Shown: piece after piece, positions 23,852 through 34,082 of the stretch | Position numbering within the stretch: the first letter of the stretch is position 1 | How the letters are laid out: every line of letters starts with the position of its first letter | Source: an uncultured Gemmatimonadales bacterium | GTDB taxonomy: Bacteria > Gemmatimonadota > Gemmatimonadetes > Gemmatimonadales > GWC2-71-9 | Length of the DNA stretch: 64,000 nucleotides | Direction of reading: 5' to 3' | Assembly (NCBI GenBank): GCA_963728915.1 | Contig: CAVSLV010000001.1 | Location: 800,001-864,000 of the forward strand | Position numbers and translations under genes: made by a program | The notes under the pieces: generated by a model | Told to the model about the DNA's origin: nothing | What the model saw: only the letters and a program-made list of their open reading frames with translations | Databases searched by the model: none

Positions 23852-23895
23852 CGAGGCCCGGTATCCGTCAGGATGCCGGGCTTCGATGTGTTTTC
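23852..23895 (+). terminator. Strong hairpin with T-rich tail
   Basis: CGAGGCCCGGTATCC-GTCA-GGATGCCGGGCTTCG (15 bp including 2 G-U pairs) then ATGTGTTTTC. Confidence 0.6.
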
Positions 23896-23971
23896 GGGTG
23901 GGTTCGGCCGCCGGGTTAGTCGGGCGACGCGCCTTGTCCTGATGCGAACACCGAACCTGGAAAGGGACCCC

Positions 23972-24688
23972 ATGAAGAAGACAAGACGTGCGACGCTCGC
24001 ACTCGTCGGAATCGGGCTGGCCGGCCCAATCACATCTCTCCTGGCCCAGGCCTCACCCTCGGGTCTCGCCGACAAGATGCGCAATGCCTGCCAGGGAAGG
24101 GCCAGCTGCTCCGAGGCTGATTTCTACAGCGGTACCCTGGACCGGAAGGAAGAGCTGACCTCCGATATCAAGAGCGGAGATGCCCGCTCGACCAGCAACC
24201 TTCTGGTCACGGTCCACGTCGTCGTCACCTCGGGCAAGGTGGAGTGCGTCGGGCAATACACCCTCGAAGAGAAGGCCTGGACCGCTGGCAAGATCACCGT
24301 GGACAGCAAGGCCAGCGGGAAGATCAACGGCCCCGGGCTGATCCACATGACCTTCGAGCAGGGCGGGTCGCACTCGGTGATGGGGGCGACCGAAAACGAG
24401 GACGTCGAGCTGGACCCGAATCAGCTTTCCTACAACGTCGCCGTGACTTGCCCCTCACCCGCCGTGACCCGTACCGGAGGAGGGCAGACCAGTTTCACCG
24501 ACTCGGAGCCGGCAAGATGGGGATCCTCCCAGGAGTTTCAGACCGATCACTGGCCGGGGGCACTCACGCAGGCGAGCTTGAGCGGCAGCTCGACGTACTA
24601 CCATCCCGACGCCGATCCCATCAACGGCGTTGGCGGGAAGGTGAGCGTCCTCTGGTCGTTGAACAAGGCGGCATCGCCCAAGCCCTGA
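23972..24688 (+). CDS. Hypothetical secreted protein
   Basis: MKKTRRATLALVGIGLAG...LLA-Q signal peptide; AAGGGA SD; coding-like codon usage. Confidence 0.75.
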   Translation: MKKTRRATLALVGIGLAGPITSLLAQASPSGLADKMRNACQGRASCSEADFYSGTLDRKEELTSDIKSGDARSTSNLLVTVHVVVTSGKVECVGQYTLEEKAWTAGKITVDSKASGKINGPGLIHMTFEQGGSHSVMGATENEDVELDPNQLSYNVAVTCPSPAVTRTGGGQTSFTDSEPARWGSSQEFQTDHWPGALTQASLSGSSTYYHPDADPINGVGGKVSVLWSLNKAASPKP

Positions 24689-24856
24689 CCCCGGCAGAGA
24701 GGCCTCAACACCCGCATTCAGGAGTCTGACCCATGCGCAGGGTTTCCGTCCCTGGGCTCTCCGTCGTGGGGCTCGCCCTGGTGTCGGCCCCGACGGGTGG
24801 GTGTGGACGATGACGCCGACCATCATGAAATAGCAACAGCCCTAGAGGAGGGTGAC

Positions 24857-25490
24857 ATGCAAGCGCCGGTCTGGCCGGTTCTGGTCCTTCGCTGCTCATG
24901 GCTCACGTGCTGCCCGGGATGGCGCAGGAAACGATCCACATTCGGCTCGCCAACACCTATTTCGCCCAGATCGATATCGGGATTGGCAAGGCTGAACGAA
25001 GTAATGGCGCCGACACTGTCGCTGGTACCCTTACGCGCCAGACCGACGGGACCTGGACAGGAGAGGTCCAGGCCAAGGTCGCTTTCATCCAGGAAATGAA
25101 GGGATTCCTGGGCAAGGCCTGCCCCAAGTCGCAATTCCAAGGTTCCCAGCGCTTGCGCATGACCGGCCGAACAGTGAGCGGCTTCAATTCGAAGGTCCAG
25201 ACGATCTCATACCAGAGCGGCAGGGCAACCGAATTCCTGGTGCTCACCGTCAAGCCCGCCGCAGCGATGAACATGCAGGGCGACCTTACGTGTCTCAGCA
25301 TCGACTCCACCGGAGTCCTCCCACTCAATGATTCGCGCTGGATGCCGGAGGTGGGTACACCATTGGATTGCCGCAACGTGGCGTGCTCGAATATGCTGAC
25401 GACACGGTAGACACGACGGGGGGAGGCACTGGCGTGGCCCTTCCGGTAAACGCGATCGGTCGCTGGAGGGTTCGCGTCGAGCGACCGTGA
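24857..25490 (+). pseudogene. Secreted hypothetical protein with two apparent frameshifts
   Basis: GAGGAGG SD + ATG 24857; the signal peptide joins ORF 24898-25410 after one base is added near 24888; C-terminus GGYTIGLPQRGVLEY...WRVRVERP* joins after one base is added near 25348. Confidence 0.6.
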
Positions 25491-25713
25491 CCCAGCCAGC
25501 CTCCAAATCCTTGAAACGTTCGGAGTGAGGGAGGCCAAAGCCACGGGGTCGCCTCACCACACGATGGCACGGAGGAGCTTCCAGGCAGTGATCAGCACCC
25601 AGGTCGTGAGCACCGCGGCGAACACGGCCGGAATCCTCGCCTCGAACCAGTCGGGGACCGAAGCCGTTTCGTCGGGCGGCGCGGCGCTCCCTGGATCGTG
25701 CTGGAGCCGGCCC

Positions 25714-26400
25714 TTAGAAGGGTGGCTGGTCGTCATACCACCTCCGCCATAGCAGGGTGGCTTCCGCCACCACTGAATCCACCGGGGCGGTCCGAAAAAA
25801 CCTCTGGCGACGGATGCAGCTCGCCAGGGCGGCTCGGGCCTGGGCCTCCTCGCCTTCCGCGTGATGGATCCGGGCAAGCAGCAGTCGTGGCCGCAGCCGG
25901 TCGGGGTAACGGGCCGCGGTTGTTCGGGCGTTCATAAGCGCGGGATCCAGCCAGCCGGCCTCGAGCTCCGCCTCGGCGAGGGCCAACTTCGTGTCGGGAT
26001 CGTCCTGATTCTCGAGACCCTGCTGCAGCACTGTCGCCGCCTGCTCCGGCTGGCCGGCTTGGAGCAGACCGATACCGAGCTCGTGGCTAAGGCCGGGCTC
26101 CGAGGGCACCGCCGATGCGCGCGCGACAACAACTGCAAGCTTGCCGCACCATGGTTACGCCTGGCGTTCTTCCAGAATCGGTAGCCTGGATATTCCCACG
26201 CTGTCTTGATGGCGACCGTCACGGCCCACCCCAGCGCAGCCGCCAATGCCAGCTACCTGGCCCTCTTGCTTCGAAGGTCCACTCGCAGCAGAACGGGTGC
26301 GGGGACCAGCCCGATCGCGAGATGTGCGGTCACAAGAATGGCCACCCAGTGCACCGCGCTATCGACGAGGGAGTGTACCAGGATGGCGACCAGCAATGCC
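25714..26400 (-). pseudogene. Remnant of a membrane protein with C-terminal TPRs (O-antigen ligase-like C-terminal half)
   Basis: LLVAILVHSLVD TM segment, in-frame TAG at 26253-26255, frameshift near 26112, then TPR-like helices ending at 25714. Confidence 0.5.
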
Positions 26401-26971
26401 ACTCCCGGTGCAGCTGCGCATCCACCCCGTTGTCCAGCACCCGGTAGAGCAGCAGGTTCGTGCCTCGGCGCAAGGTGGCGGTGTAAATGTCCTCGTGCTT
26501 GCGGACCCCGCGGTTTGCGTACCGGCTTGCGCCAAGCAGGGTTCCGTTCAGCCATACTACCGTACCCCCGTTCGAGGCGATGCTGAGCAGGCTGTCGTGT
26601 GTAGTCTCGGCGCGCACTGCCTCCAGCACATTGATGGAGCGCGGCTGCCCTTGCGGCGGGGGCGGAAATTTGAGGTGCAGCTCGTCGTCCCGAACCCGCG
26701 GCTCGGTCCACGGAATGCCGGTGGCGCGCGCGAGCTCTGCTTTCCCCAGGACCGTGTCCCCTCCCAGCCGTGCGAGTAGCTGAGAGTCCGCCGCGAGCGG
26801 CATCAGCAACGCGCAGGCCGAGTCGGCCACAGGGCATTGCGGCACCGAGGCGGAGACGTAGACGCGGACGACCGGCTGGTGCCACGGGAAGAGGCCGTCG
26901 CACGCCGGCGACAGCAGCAGGGCAATCGCGAGGAGGCTCCGACTCCAGCTCAGGGATCGGTGACGGGACAA
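26330..26971 (-). pseudogene. Truncated lipoprotein with a beta-sandwich (PA14-like) segment
   Basis: LLLSPA-C lipobox; SNGGTVVWLNG...LRRGTNLLLYRV; runs into the unrelated remnant near 26400. Confidence 0.45.
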
Positions 26972-27074
26972 GGTATTGCCGATCGGCTAGGATGAGGTCT
27001 GCACGCCGACGAAAAGCTACATCGGATTGGAGGCCCCTGCGTCGAGGTCGCCCGAACCTCTGTATCTTCCGCCC

Positions 27075-28505
27075 ATGCACACCTTCCTATCGTGCGGCGC
27101 CTTCGCGATGGCCTGCGCCCTCGCGGCCTCTCCCGCAGTGGGCCAGCGCCCGACCATCGGCGGCGCGGCGCGTCCGTTCGTCGCTATCGACAAGGCAGTC
27201 GTCGCGATCACCCACGTCCGCATGATCGACGGAACCGGCGCGCCCGCCCGCGCCGACCAGACCGTCGTCATTCAGGATGGACGTATCGTGCGGGTCGGAC
27301 CCACGGCGCATGTGAGCGTCCCGGCCGGCGCGCTGGTCATCGACGGGACCGGAAAGACGGTGATTCCCGGATTCGTGATGGTGCACGAACACCTGTTCTA
27401 TCCCACCGGCCCCGGGGTCTACGGGAACCTGTCCGAGAGCTTCTCGCGGCTCTATCTCGCAGGGGGAGTGACTGCGATGCGAACCGGCGGCAACATGAAC
27501 GGTTTCGGGGAGCTCGCACTGGCCAGGGCGGATCGCGAGTTTCAGAAGGCCGGGCCATGGATCGACGCGACGGCGCCGTATCTCGAGGGCCCGGGACTTC
27601 CGCTCGGTCAGGTGCATCCTCTCACCGGAGCCGACGACGCCCGCCGGCTGGTCGACTACTGGGCAGACATGGGCGCCACGTCTTTCAAAGCGTACATGCA
27701 CATCACCCGCGACGAGCTCAAGGCTGCCGCCGAGGAAGCGCACAAGCGGGGGATGAAGATCACCGGGCACCTGTGTTCGGTGACCTATCGCGAGGCGGCC
27801 GACGCCGGCATCGATGATCTGGAGCACGGCTTCTTCGCCTCCACCGATTTCGTGAAGGAGAAGCGGGCCGACGAGTGCCCGGGCCAGGGGGCTGGCCAGG
27901 CCACCATCGCGGCGCTCGATCCCGATGACCCGGGGTTCCGATCCCTGCTATCGTATCTCATTTCCAAACACGTCGCGATCACCTCGACCCTCACCGTCTT
28001 CGAAACCATCACGCCGGGACGACCACTCCCCCCCGGCCAGGACGTCCTCACGCCCCAGCTCAAGGCGCAGTTCGAACAGCGCTGGCAGAACACCCAGCGC
28101 AATACCAGCTCTCCCTTCGTGGCGCTCTTTCCCAAGGCCATGAAGCTCGAAGTGGCCTTCTACCGCGCGGGAGGCCTGCTCCTCGCCGGAACCGATCCCA
28201 CCGCGGGTGGCGGGGTCATTCCCGGCTACTCGAACCAGCGGCAGGTCGAGCTGCTGGTCGAGGCGGGCCTCACGCCACTCGAGGCGATCAAGGTTGCCAC
28301 GCTGAACGGGGCGACCTACCTCGGCATCGCGGACCGGACCGGCACCATCGCACCGGGCAAGCAGGCCGATCTCGTGCTGATCACCGGGGATCCCTCGACC
28401 AGCATCGCCGACCTCCGAAATGTCGAGATGGTGTTCCGGCAGGGAATTGGCTTCGATCCTGCCAGGCTCATTGCCTCCGTCAAGGGAATGGTGGGGATCT
28501 TCTGA
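27075..28505 (+). CDS. Secreted amidohydrolase family protein
   Basis: Signal peptide; PGFVMVHEH, FKAY, GHL, LEHG, AGTD, GKQADLV; TATCTT-6 nt-ATG. Confidence 0.9.
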   Translation: MHTFLSCGAFAMACALAASPAVGQRPTIGGAARPFVAIDKAVVAITHVRMIDGTGAPARADQTVVIQDGRIVRVGPTAHVSVPAGALVIDGTGKTVIPGFVMVHEHLFYPTGPGVYGNLSESFSRLYLAGGVTAMRTGGNMNGFGELALARADREFQKAGPWIDATAPYLEGPGLPLGQVHPLTGADDARRLVDYWADMGATSFKAYMHITRDELKAAAEEAHKRGMKITGHLCSVTYREAADAGIDDLEHGFFASTDFVKEKRADECPGQGAGQATIAALDPDDPGFRSLLSYLISKHVAITSTLTVFETITPGRPLPPGQDVLTPQLKAQFEQRWQNTQRNTSSPFVALFPKAMKLEVAFYRAGGLLLAGTDPTAGGGVIPGYSNQRQVELLVEAGLTPLEAIKVATLNGATYLGIADRTGTIAPGKQADLVLITGDPSTSIADLRNVEMVFRQGIGFDPARLIASVKGMVGIF

Positions 28506-29281
28506 TCGCCGTCACCCGCGCGGTGAGCCCCACGCTCGCCCAGTGCGAGCTCACCCACCTGACTCGGCAGCCGATCGATCCCGCCCGCGCGGCGGAGGAG
28601 CACGCCGAGTACGAACAAACCCTCCGGAGTCTCGGCGCCACGATCGTTCGGGCAGCGCCGGCCCCCGATCTTCCCGATGCGGTATTTGTGGAGGACGCCG
28701 CGATTGTGTTCGACGAAGTAGCGGTCCTCACCCGGCCCGGTTCGCCTCGACGCCGCGACGAGATTCCAGGCGTCGGCGAAGTCCTGGGGCGGTTTCGGTC
28801 GCTCCGGTCCATCGAGAAACCGGCCACCCTCGACGGAGGGGATGTACTACGGGTGGGACGGACCGTGTACGTTGGCCTGTCAGCTCGGACCAGCAAGGCG
28901 GGCGTGGATCAGCTCGCGACCTTGCTTGCTCCCTGGGACTATCACGTAGTTCCGGTCGGGGTTACCGGCTGTTTGCATCTCAAGAGCGCCGTGACGCAGG
29001 TCGCGGATCGGTTGCTCCTGGCCAATCTCGCGTGGGTGGATCGGGCCGCCTTCGCACCGCTCGACATCCTGCCGGTGCGCCAAGACGAGCCTGGCGCGGC
29101 AAACGCACTGCTCCTGGCCGGGACGGTGATCTTCCCGGCTCATTATCCAGGCACCAGACGACGTCTTGAAGAGGCAGGGATCCGGGTGACTGCGGTGCCA
29201 AGCGCCGAGCTGGCCAAGGCCGAGGGAGGGGTCACCTGCTGCAGCATCGTGCTGGATTCCCCGCGCATTCCTCCCGACTGA
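28502..29281 (+). CDS. Dimethylarginine dimethylaminohydrolase (DDAH/amidinotransferase family)
   Basis: PDAVFVED, LDGGDVL, CLHLKSA, AEGGVTCCS; start inferred at CTG 28502 (first canonical start is GTG 28523). Confidence 0.9.
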   Translation: MIAVTRAVSPTLAQCELTHLTRQPIDPARAAEEHAEYEQTLRSLGATIVRAAPAPDLPDAVFVEDAAIVFDEVAVLTRPGSPRRRDEIPGVGEVLGRFRSLRSIEKPATLDGGDVLRVGRTVYVGLSARTSKAGVDQLATLLAPWDYHVVPVGVTGCLHLKSAVTQVADRLLLANLAWVDRAAFAPLDILPVRQDEPGAANALLLAGTVIFPAHYPGTRRRLEEAGIRVTAVPSAELAKAEGGVTCCSIVLDSPRIPPD

Positions 29282-29387
29282 CCGCCCGGGGACGGGGGCC
29301 CGCGTGTAGATCCAGTTGCAAGGGAATTCACGCTCTCTTCACGTGGCAACCGCCAGTTTGAGAAATCCTCCTTGGAGCTCAGCCCGG

Positions 29388-30485
29388 GTGAACCCTGACG
29401 GCAACGATCCCACTCGCGACCTCGACCCGCTGATCGGAAACACTCCGCTCCTGGTGATCCGGTTCCGGTTTCGCGGCCGGGAGCGGGTGCTGTACGCCAA
29501 ATCGGAAAATCTGAACATGACGGGAAGCGTCAAGGACCGCATGGCGATCGAGATCCTGCGGCGAGCCTATTGGCGCGGGAATCTCCGACCCGGCGGTCTC
29601 ATCGTCGAGGCCACCAGCGGGAATACCGGGATATCGTTTGCCGCGATCGGGCGGGCCCTCGGACACCCCGTCGCCATCTTCATCCCGAGCTGGATGAGCG
29701 AGGAACGCCTCGCCCTGCTGCGGTCGTTCGGCGCCGAGCTGCATCTGGTCACGCCGGAGCAGGGAGGCTTCGTCGGAGCCATTCAGCTCGCCGACGAGCT
29801 GGCCCGAGATACCCCAGGGGCGTTCCTGCCACATCAATTCTCCAATGAGGACAACTGTGCCGCACACGAAGGGGGCACCGGGCCTGAGCTGGCTCACCAG
29901 CTCGGTGCGCTCGGCCTGGCGCCGGACGCCTTCGTAGCCGGGGTAGGGACGGGGGGTACCGTGATGGGAGTCGGCCGTGCTCTTCGAAAACACTGGTCTC
30001 CTGTTCGCATTCATCCGGTGGAACCCGCAAGCTCACCCACCTTGAGCACCGGTCGGCACACCGGGCACCATCGCATTCAGGGCATTTCCGACGAGTTCAT
30101 TCCCCCGATCGTGGACCTCGCATTTCTCAATGAGGTCATTGCCGTTGACGACGGGGACGCCATTCTCATGGCGCAGCGCCTGACCCGGCAGATCGGCCTC
30201 GCGGTGGGGATCTCGTCGGGGGCCAACTTTCTTGCGGCGCTCAAGGCCCAGCAAACGCTGGGAAGCGACGCCGTGGTAACGACCCTGTTCGCGGACAGCA
30301 ACAAGAAGTATCTGAGCACCGACCTGATGACGGAGGAGCCGGAACGGGAAGGCTATCTCTCTCCCGAGATCGAGCTCACCGGAGTCAGGGCGGTGGGCCG
30401 GGTATGCGCGTCCTGCTCCGGGCCAGTGCGGCTGGATGGCCACGTCGCTCCATCGGCCGCCTTGCCTGCCGTCATCCCGGGGTGA
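29388..30485 (+). CDS. PLP-dependent cysteine synthase family protein
   Basis: [35 protein letters not shown]; start uncertain. Confidence 0.9.
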   Translation: MNPDGNDPTRDLDPLIGNTPLLVIRFRFRGRERVLYAKSENLNMTGSVKDRMAIEILRRAYWRGNLRPGGLIVEATSGNTGISFAAIGRALGHPVAIFIPSWMSEERLALLRSFGAELHLVTPEQGGFVGAIQLADELARDTPGAFLPHQFSNEDNCAAHEGGTGPELAHQLGALGLAPDAFVAGVGTGGTVMGVGRALRKHWSPVRIHPVEPASSPTLSTGRHTGHHRIQGISDEFIPPIVDLAFLNEVIAVDDGDAILMAQRLTRQIGLAVGISSGANFLAALKAQQTLGSDAVVTTLFADSNKKYLSTDLMTEEPEREGYLSPEIELTGVRAVGRVCASCSGPVRLDGHVAPSAALPAVIPG

Positions 30486-32421
30486 ACCACACGGCCGCAA
30501 GGGGAGGCAGGGTCAGCGACACCGAGTCCGGGCGACCGTGCAGGGGAACCGGAGCCGACTCCACCCCTCCCATGTTGCCCCACCCGCTCCCGCCGAATTC
30601 CACCGCATCGGTGTTGAGCCGTTCCACCCAGACCCCACCGCGGGGAACCCCCACCCGGTAATTCTGCCGCGGGAGCGGAGTGAAGTTGAAGGCGGCGAGC
30701 ACCACCTCCCCTTCGGTCCGTCCCCGGCGAAGCAGAGTCACCACACTGGACTCCACGTCATTGCAGTCGATCCATTCGAACCCGCCGGGATCAACGTCGA
30801 GGTCGTGCAGGGCAGGGGTCTCTCGATAGAGGCGGTTGAGAGCGCCCACGCACCGTTGCACCCCGGCGTGGAACGGTTGCTCGAGGAGGTGCCAGTCGAG
30901 GCTCCGATCGTGGTTCCACTCCCGTTCCTGCCCGAACTCGCCACCCATGAAGAGCAGCTTCTTCCCGGGCTCGCCGTAGAGCCAGGCGAGCAACAGCCGC
31001 AGGTTGGCGAACCGTTGCCACTCGTCCCCCGGCATCTTGTTCAGGAGGGAGCCCTTCCCGTGCACCACTTCGTCATGGGACAAGGGGAGCACGAAGTTCT
31101 CGGTATAGGCGTACATCCCCCGGAAGGTCAGCCGATTGTGGTGGTACCGGCGATGGATCGGATCGCGCGCGAAATAGTCCAGCGTGTCGTGCATCCATCC
31201 CATGTCCCACTTGAGCCCGAACCCCAGCCCGCCCACGTACAGCGGACGGGACACCATCGGCCACGCGGTGGACTCCTCCGCGATGGTCTGGACGTCGGGG
31301 TGCTCCCGGAACACGGTTTCGTTGAAGTGGCGGAGAAATCCGATCGCTTCCAGATTCTCACGCCCCCCGTACCGATTGGGAACCCACTCCCCTTCACGTC
31401 GCGAATAGTCCAGGTAGAGCATCGAGGCGACCGCGTCGACCCGAAGGCCGTCTCCGTGATAGACCTCGAGCCAGTACCGGGCGCTGCTCAGCAGAAAGCT
31501 CCGCACCTCATGGCGCCCATAGTTGAAGATCGCGCTGTCCCAATCGCGATGGTGACCCTGGCGGGGATCGGCATGCTCGTACAGGTGCGTCCCATCGAAG
31601 TAGATCAATCCGTGCTCGTCCGTTGGGAAGTGTGACGGGACCCAATCGAAGATGACGCCGATTCCCCGCTGGTGCAGGTAGTCCACCAGGTACATGAGAT
31701 CCTGCGCCGCCCCGTACCGGCTGGTGGGCGCGAAATACCCGGTTACCTGGTATCCCCAGGACCCGTAGAAAGGATGCTCCGCGAGGGGCAGGAACTCGAC
31801 GTGGGTGAACCCCATCCGCTCCACATAGTCGGCGAGCCGCGGCGCGATCTCCCGGTAGGTGAGAAATCGGTTGTCTTCTTCGGGCACCCGCATCCAGGAT
31901 CCCAGGTGGACTTCGTAAATCGAGATCGCACTGGAAAGAGCATTCCGGTCCCGTCGGGATTGCATCCAGGCGGCATCTCCCCAGTCGTAGTCGAGGTCCC
32001 ACACCAGGGAGCCGGTGTGGGGAGGAGTCTCCTGCCGAATTGCGAACGGGTCGGCCTTGTCCACTTCGTATCCGTCGTGCTTGGAACGGATCCGGTACTT
32101 GTACACGGTGCCTCGAGCCAGCGCCGGGATGAACCCTTCCCAGATACCCGAATGCTCCCTGGCCTTGAGGGGATGACTCTCCCGCTGCCAGCCATTGAAG
32201 TCACCGATCACCGTAATCGACTCGGCATTGGGCGCCCAGACACCGAATCCAACGCCCGGCGTACCGTCGGGAGCGGTCACTCGGTGGGATCCCAGCTTCA
32301 TGAACAGCCGGTCGTGGGTGCCTTCATTGAAGAAATGGAGGTCCCGCTCGCCGATCAGACTGACGTCGTAGCGCATGGCGCCCGTTTCCGGCTCCACCGG
32401 CTTTGACTTGACCTGCCTCAT
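30472..32421 (-). CDS. glgB: 1,4-alpha-glucan branching enzyme
   Basis: [54 protein letters not shown] overlap with the maltokinase stop. Confidence 0.97.
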   Translation of the reverse strand: MRQVKSKPVEPETGAMRYDVSLIGERDLHFFNEGTHDRLFMKLGSHRVTAPDGTPGVGFGVWAPNAESITVIGDFNGWQRESHPLKAREHSGIWEGFIPALARGTVYKYRIRSKHDGYEVDKADPFAIRQETPPHTGSLVWDLDYDWGDAAWMQSRRDRNALSSAISIYEVHLGSWMRVPEEDNRFLTYREIAPRLADYVERMGFTHVEFLPLAEHPFYGSWGYQVTGYFAPTSRYGAAQDLMYLVDYLHQRGIGVIFDWVPSHFPTDEHGLIYFDGTHLYEHADPRQGHHRDWDSAIFNYGRHEVRSFLLSSARYWLEVYHGDGLRVDAVASMLYLDYSRREGEWVPNRYGGRENLEAIGFLRHFNETVFREHPDVQTIAEESTAWPMVSRPLYVGGLGFGLKWDMGWMHDTLDYFARDPIHRRYHHNRLTFRGMYAYTENFVLPLSHDEVVHGKGSLLNKMPGDEWQRFANLRLLLAWLYGEPGKKLLFMGGEFGQEREWNHDRSLDWHLLEQPFHAGVQRCVGALNRLYRETPALHDLDVDPGGFEWIDCNDVESSVVTLLRRGRTEGEVVLAAFNFTPLPRQNYRVGVPRGGVWVERLNTDAVEFGGSGWGNMGGVESAPVPLHGRPDSVSLTLPPLAAVWFTPG

Positions 32422-34067
32422 GGCATCACCTCGACGACTTCCGCGATTCCCCGCAGCGGCAGCCATACCCAATCGGGTCGATTGTTGATTTCATATCCGA
32501 GCTCATACACCGCCTTGTCGAGCAGGTACACGGATAGAAGCAGCTGAAGCTCCGACTGGCTCGGAGGCAGGAATGGGGCCTGGTCCGCGGCATCCAGGTA
32601 CGCTGCCACGAACCCGGTGGACACTCGATGAAACCAGAGCTCGGCCCAGCGTTCCAGATCCGGCCGCGGGGCTGGTGGTACGCGCTGCGCCGTGAGCACC
32701 GCGCTGAGCCCGTGGTGGGCAGCGTAGTGGAAGGACCGGATCATTCCCGCGACATCACGCAGCGGATCGCCCTTCCTCCTCCGCTCGGCCAGCGACCGTG
32801 CCGGCTCCCCTTCGAAATCGATGATCGCGAAGTCTTCGCCGGTCCAGAGGACCTGGCCGAGGTGATAGTCCCCATGGTGCCGGATCCGCAGTGCCGGAGT
32901 GGTTCCCCTCATGGCGGACCGGACCTGCTCGAGCATCTGTTCGCGGCGCGCGATCACGGCCTCGGCCTGGCGCCGCACCGGGGGAGCAAGGTCGGGGAGG
33001 CATTCGCCGAGCAAGGCGAACACCTCGCCTGTCAACGACTCGAAGCGTTGGCAGAATCGCTGTTGATCCGCCGGCGTGGACCGCTCCGGCGCAAAGCTGG
33101 GGTCATCCGAATGGGACGCCAGGGCGCGATGCAACTCCGCGGTCCGGCGTCCCAGGAGGCCAGCCATCTCGAAGTACTCGCCGATCAGCCTGCGCTCATC
33201 TGCGGTTGGGGATTGCGGGAGCGGGAAATCGGGCGATCCCGATCCCGGGCCGGTGTCGATCCGGGGCGGCGGTCGGGACCGGATCCGCTCGTAAAAGAGC
33301 TCGAGGCGCTCCAGGGTGTAGTTCCAGGCGTCGCCCTGGTTGGCCACCAGACCCTGCAGGAGCCCAACGGTCATCGGTTCTCCGTCACCGGCGCGATAGA
33401 GCAGGGAGCCCAGGGCCGGGGGAACATGAGAGAACGAGGTGCGCTCGGTGAGAAAGGCCCCGATTTCGAGATCCGGGTTGACCCCGGATTCCACCTTGCG
33501 GAACAACTTGAGCATCAGGCGGTCGCCGAAACGGAGCGAGGTGTTGCTCTGCTCCCCACTGGATCGAACCGGAGGAGGCAACCTGGAGAGCGATCCCGTC
33601 GCTTCATGGAACGCCGACGTGTGGGTGGCCTCGAGACTGCCCGTGAGTCCTGGGAGCGTGTGATTCGCCGCGATGGCATCAAGCAACGCGCTGCCGAAGG
33701 TCGCCTCCCAGGTCGCCCCGTACAGAACCCCGATTCTCTCCGCCACCTGCATGGGCGCGACGACAGCGGGCGAGCGCTCGGCGAGCATCCGCTCCGCCTG
33801 TTCCCCGCTGGCAAACGCCAGGTTGAGCTGGTAGATCTCGGCTGGACTCCCCCGGTATTCCACTCGCACCAGGCAGAGACAGGCTTGGCTCTCTCCGGAG
33901 GGAATTGGCACGGCATCGACGATCCGGACCGATCCGATCTGCCGCGCTTTTCCTCCGAACCAGCGGCGGGTTCGCAGGAAAGCCGGGAGGCACTCCTCCA
34001 GGGCATCCCTGGCGGGCGCCGCAAAGATCGAAACCCATTCCGGGGACGTCGCGATCAGCGTCGTCGT
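32418..34067 (-). CDS. Maltokinase (Mak/Pep2)
   Basis: LPAFLRTRRWFGGKAR, EQSNTS, RHHGDYHLGQVL, IDFEGEP, KAVYELGYE; start inferred at ACG 34067. Confidence 0.9.
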   Translation of the reverse strand, partial: TTTLIATSPEWVSIFAAPARDALEECLPAFLRTRRWFGGKARQIGSVRIVDAVPIPSGESQACLCLVRVEYRGSPAEIYQLNLAFASGEQAERMLAERSPAVVAPMQVAERIGVLYGATWEATFGSALLDAIAANHTLPGLTGSLEATHTSAFHEATGSLSRLPPPVRSSGEQSNTSLRFGDRLMLKLFRKVESGVNPDLEIGAFLTERTSFSHVPPALGSLLYRAGDGEPMTVGLLQGLVANQGDAWNYTLERLELFYERIRSRPPPRIDTGPGSGSPDFPLPQSPTADERRLIGEYFEMAGLLGRRTAELHRALASHSDDPSFAPERSTPADQQRFCQRFESLTGEVFALLGECLPDLAPPVRRQAEAVIARREQMLEQVRSAMRGTTPALRIRHHGDYHLGQVLWTGEDFAIIDFEGEPARSLAERRRKGDPLRDVAGMIRSFHYAAHHGLSAVLTAQRVPPAPRPDLERWAELWFHRVSTGFVAAYLDAADQAPFLPPSQSELQLLLSVYLLDKAVYELGYEINNRPDWVWLPLRGIAEVVEVMP

Positions 34068-34082
34068 CGCTCACCTCTCGCG

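Noticed and set aside
23472..23971. Retron, riboswitch or IS-associated ncRNA in the structured intergenic region
   Set aside because: No reverse transcriptase or recombinase nearby and no riboswitch consensus I can recognise; an Rfam search was not possible
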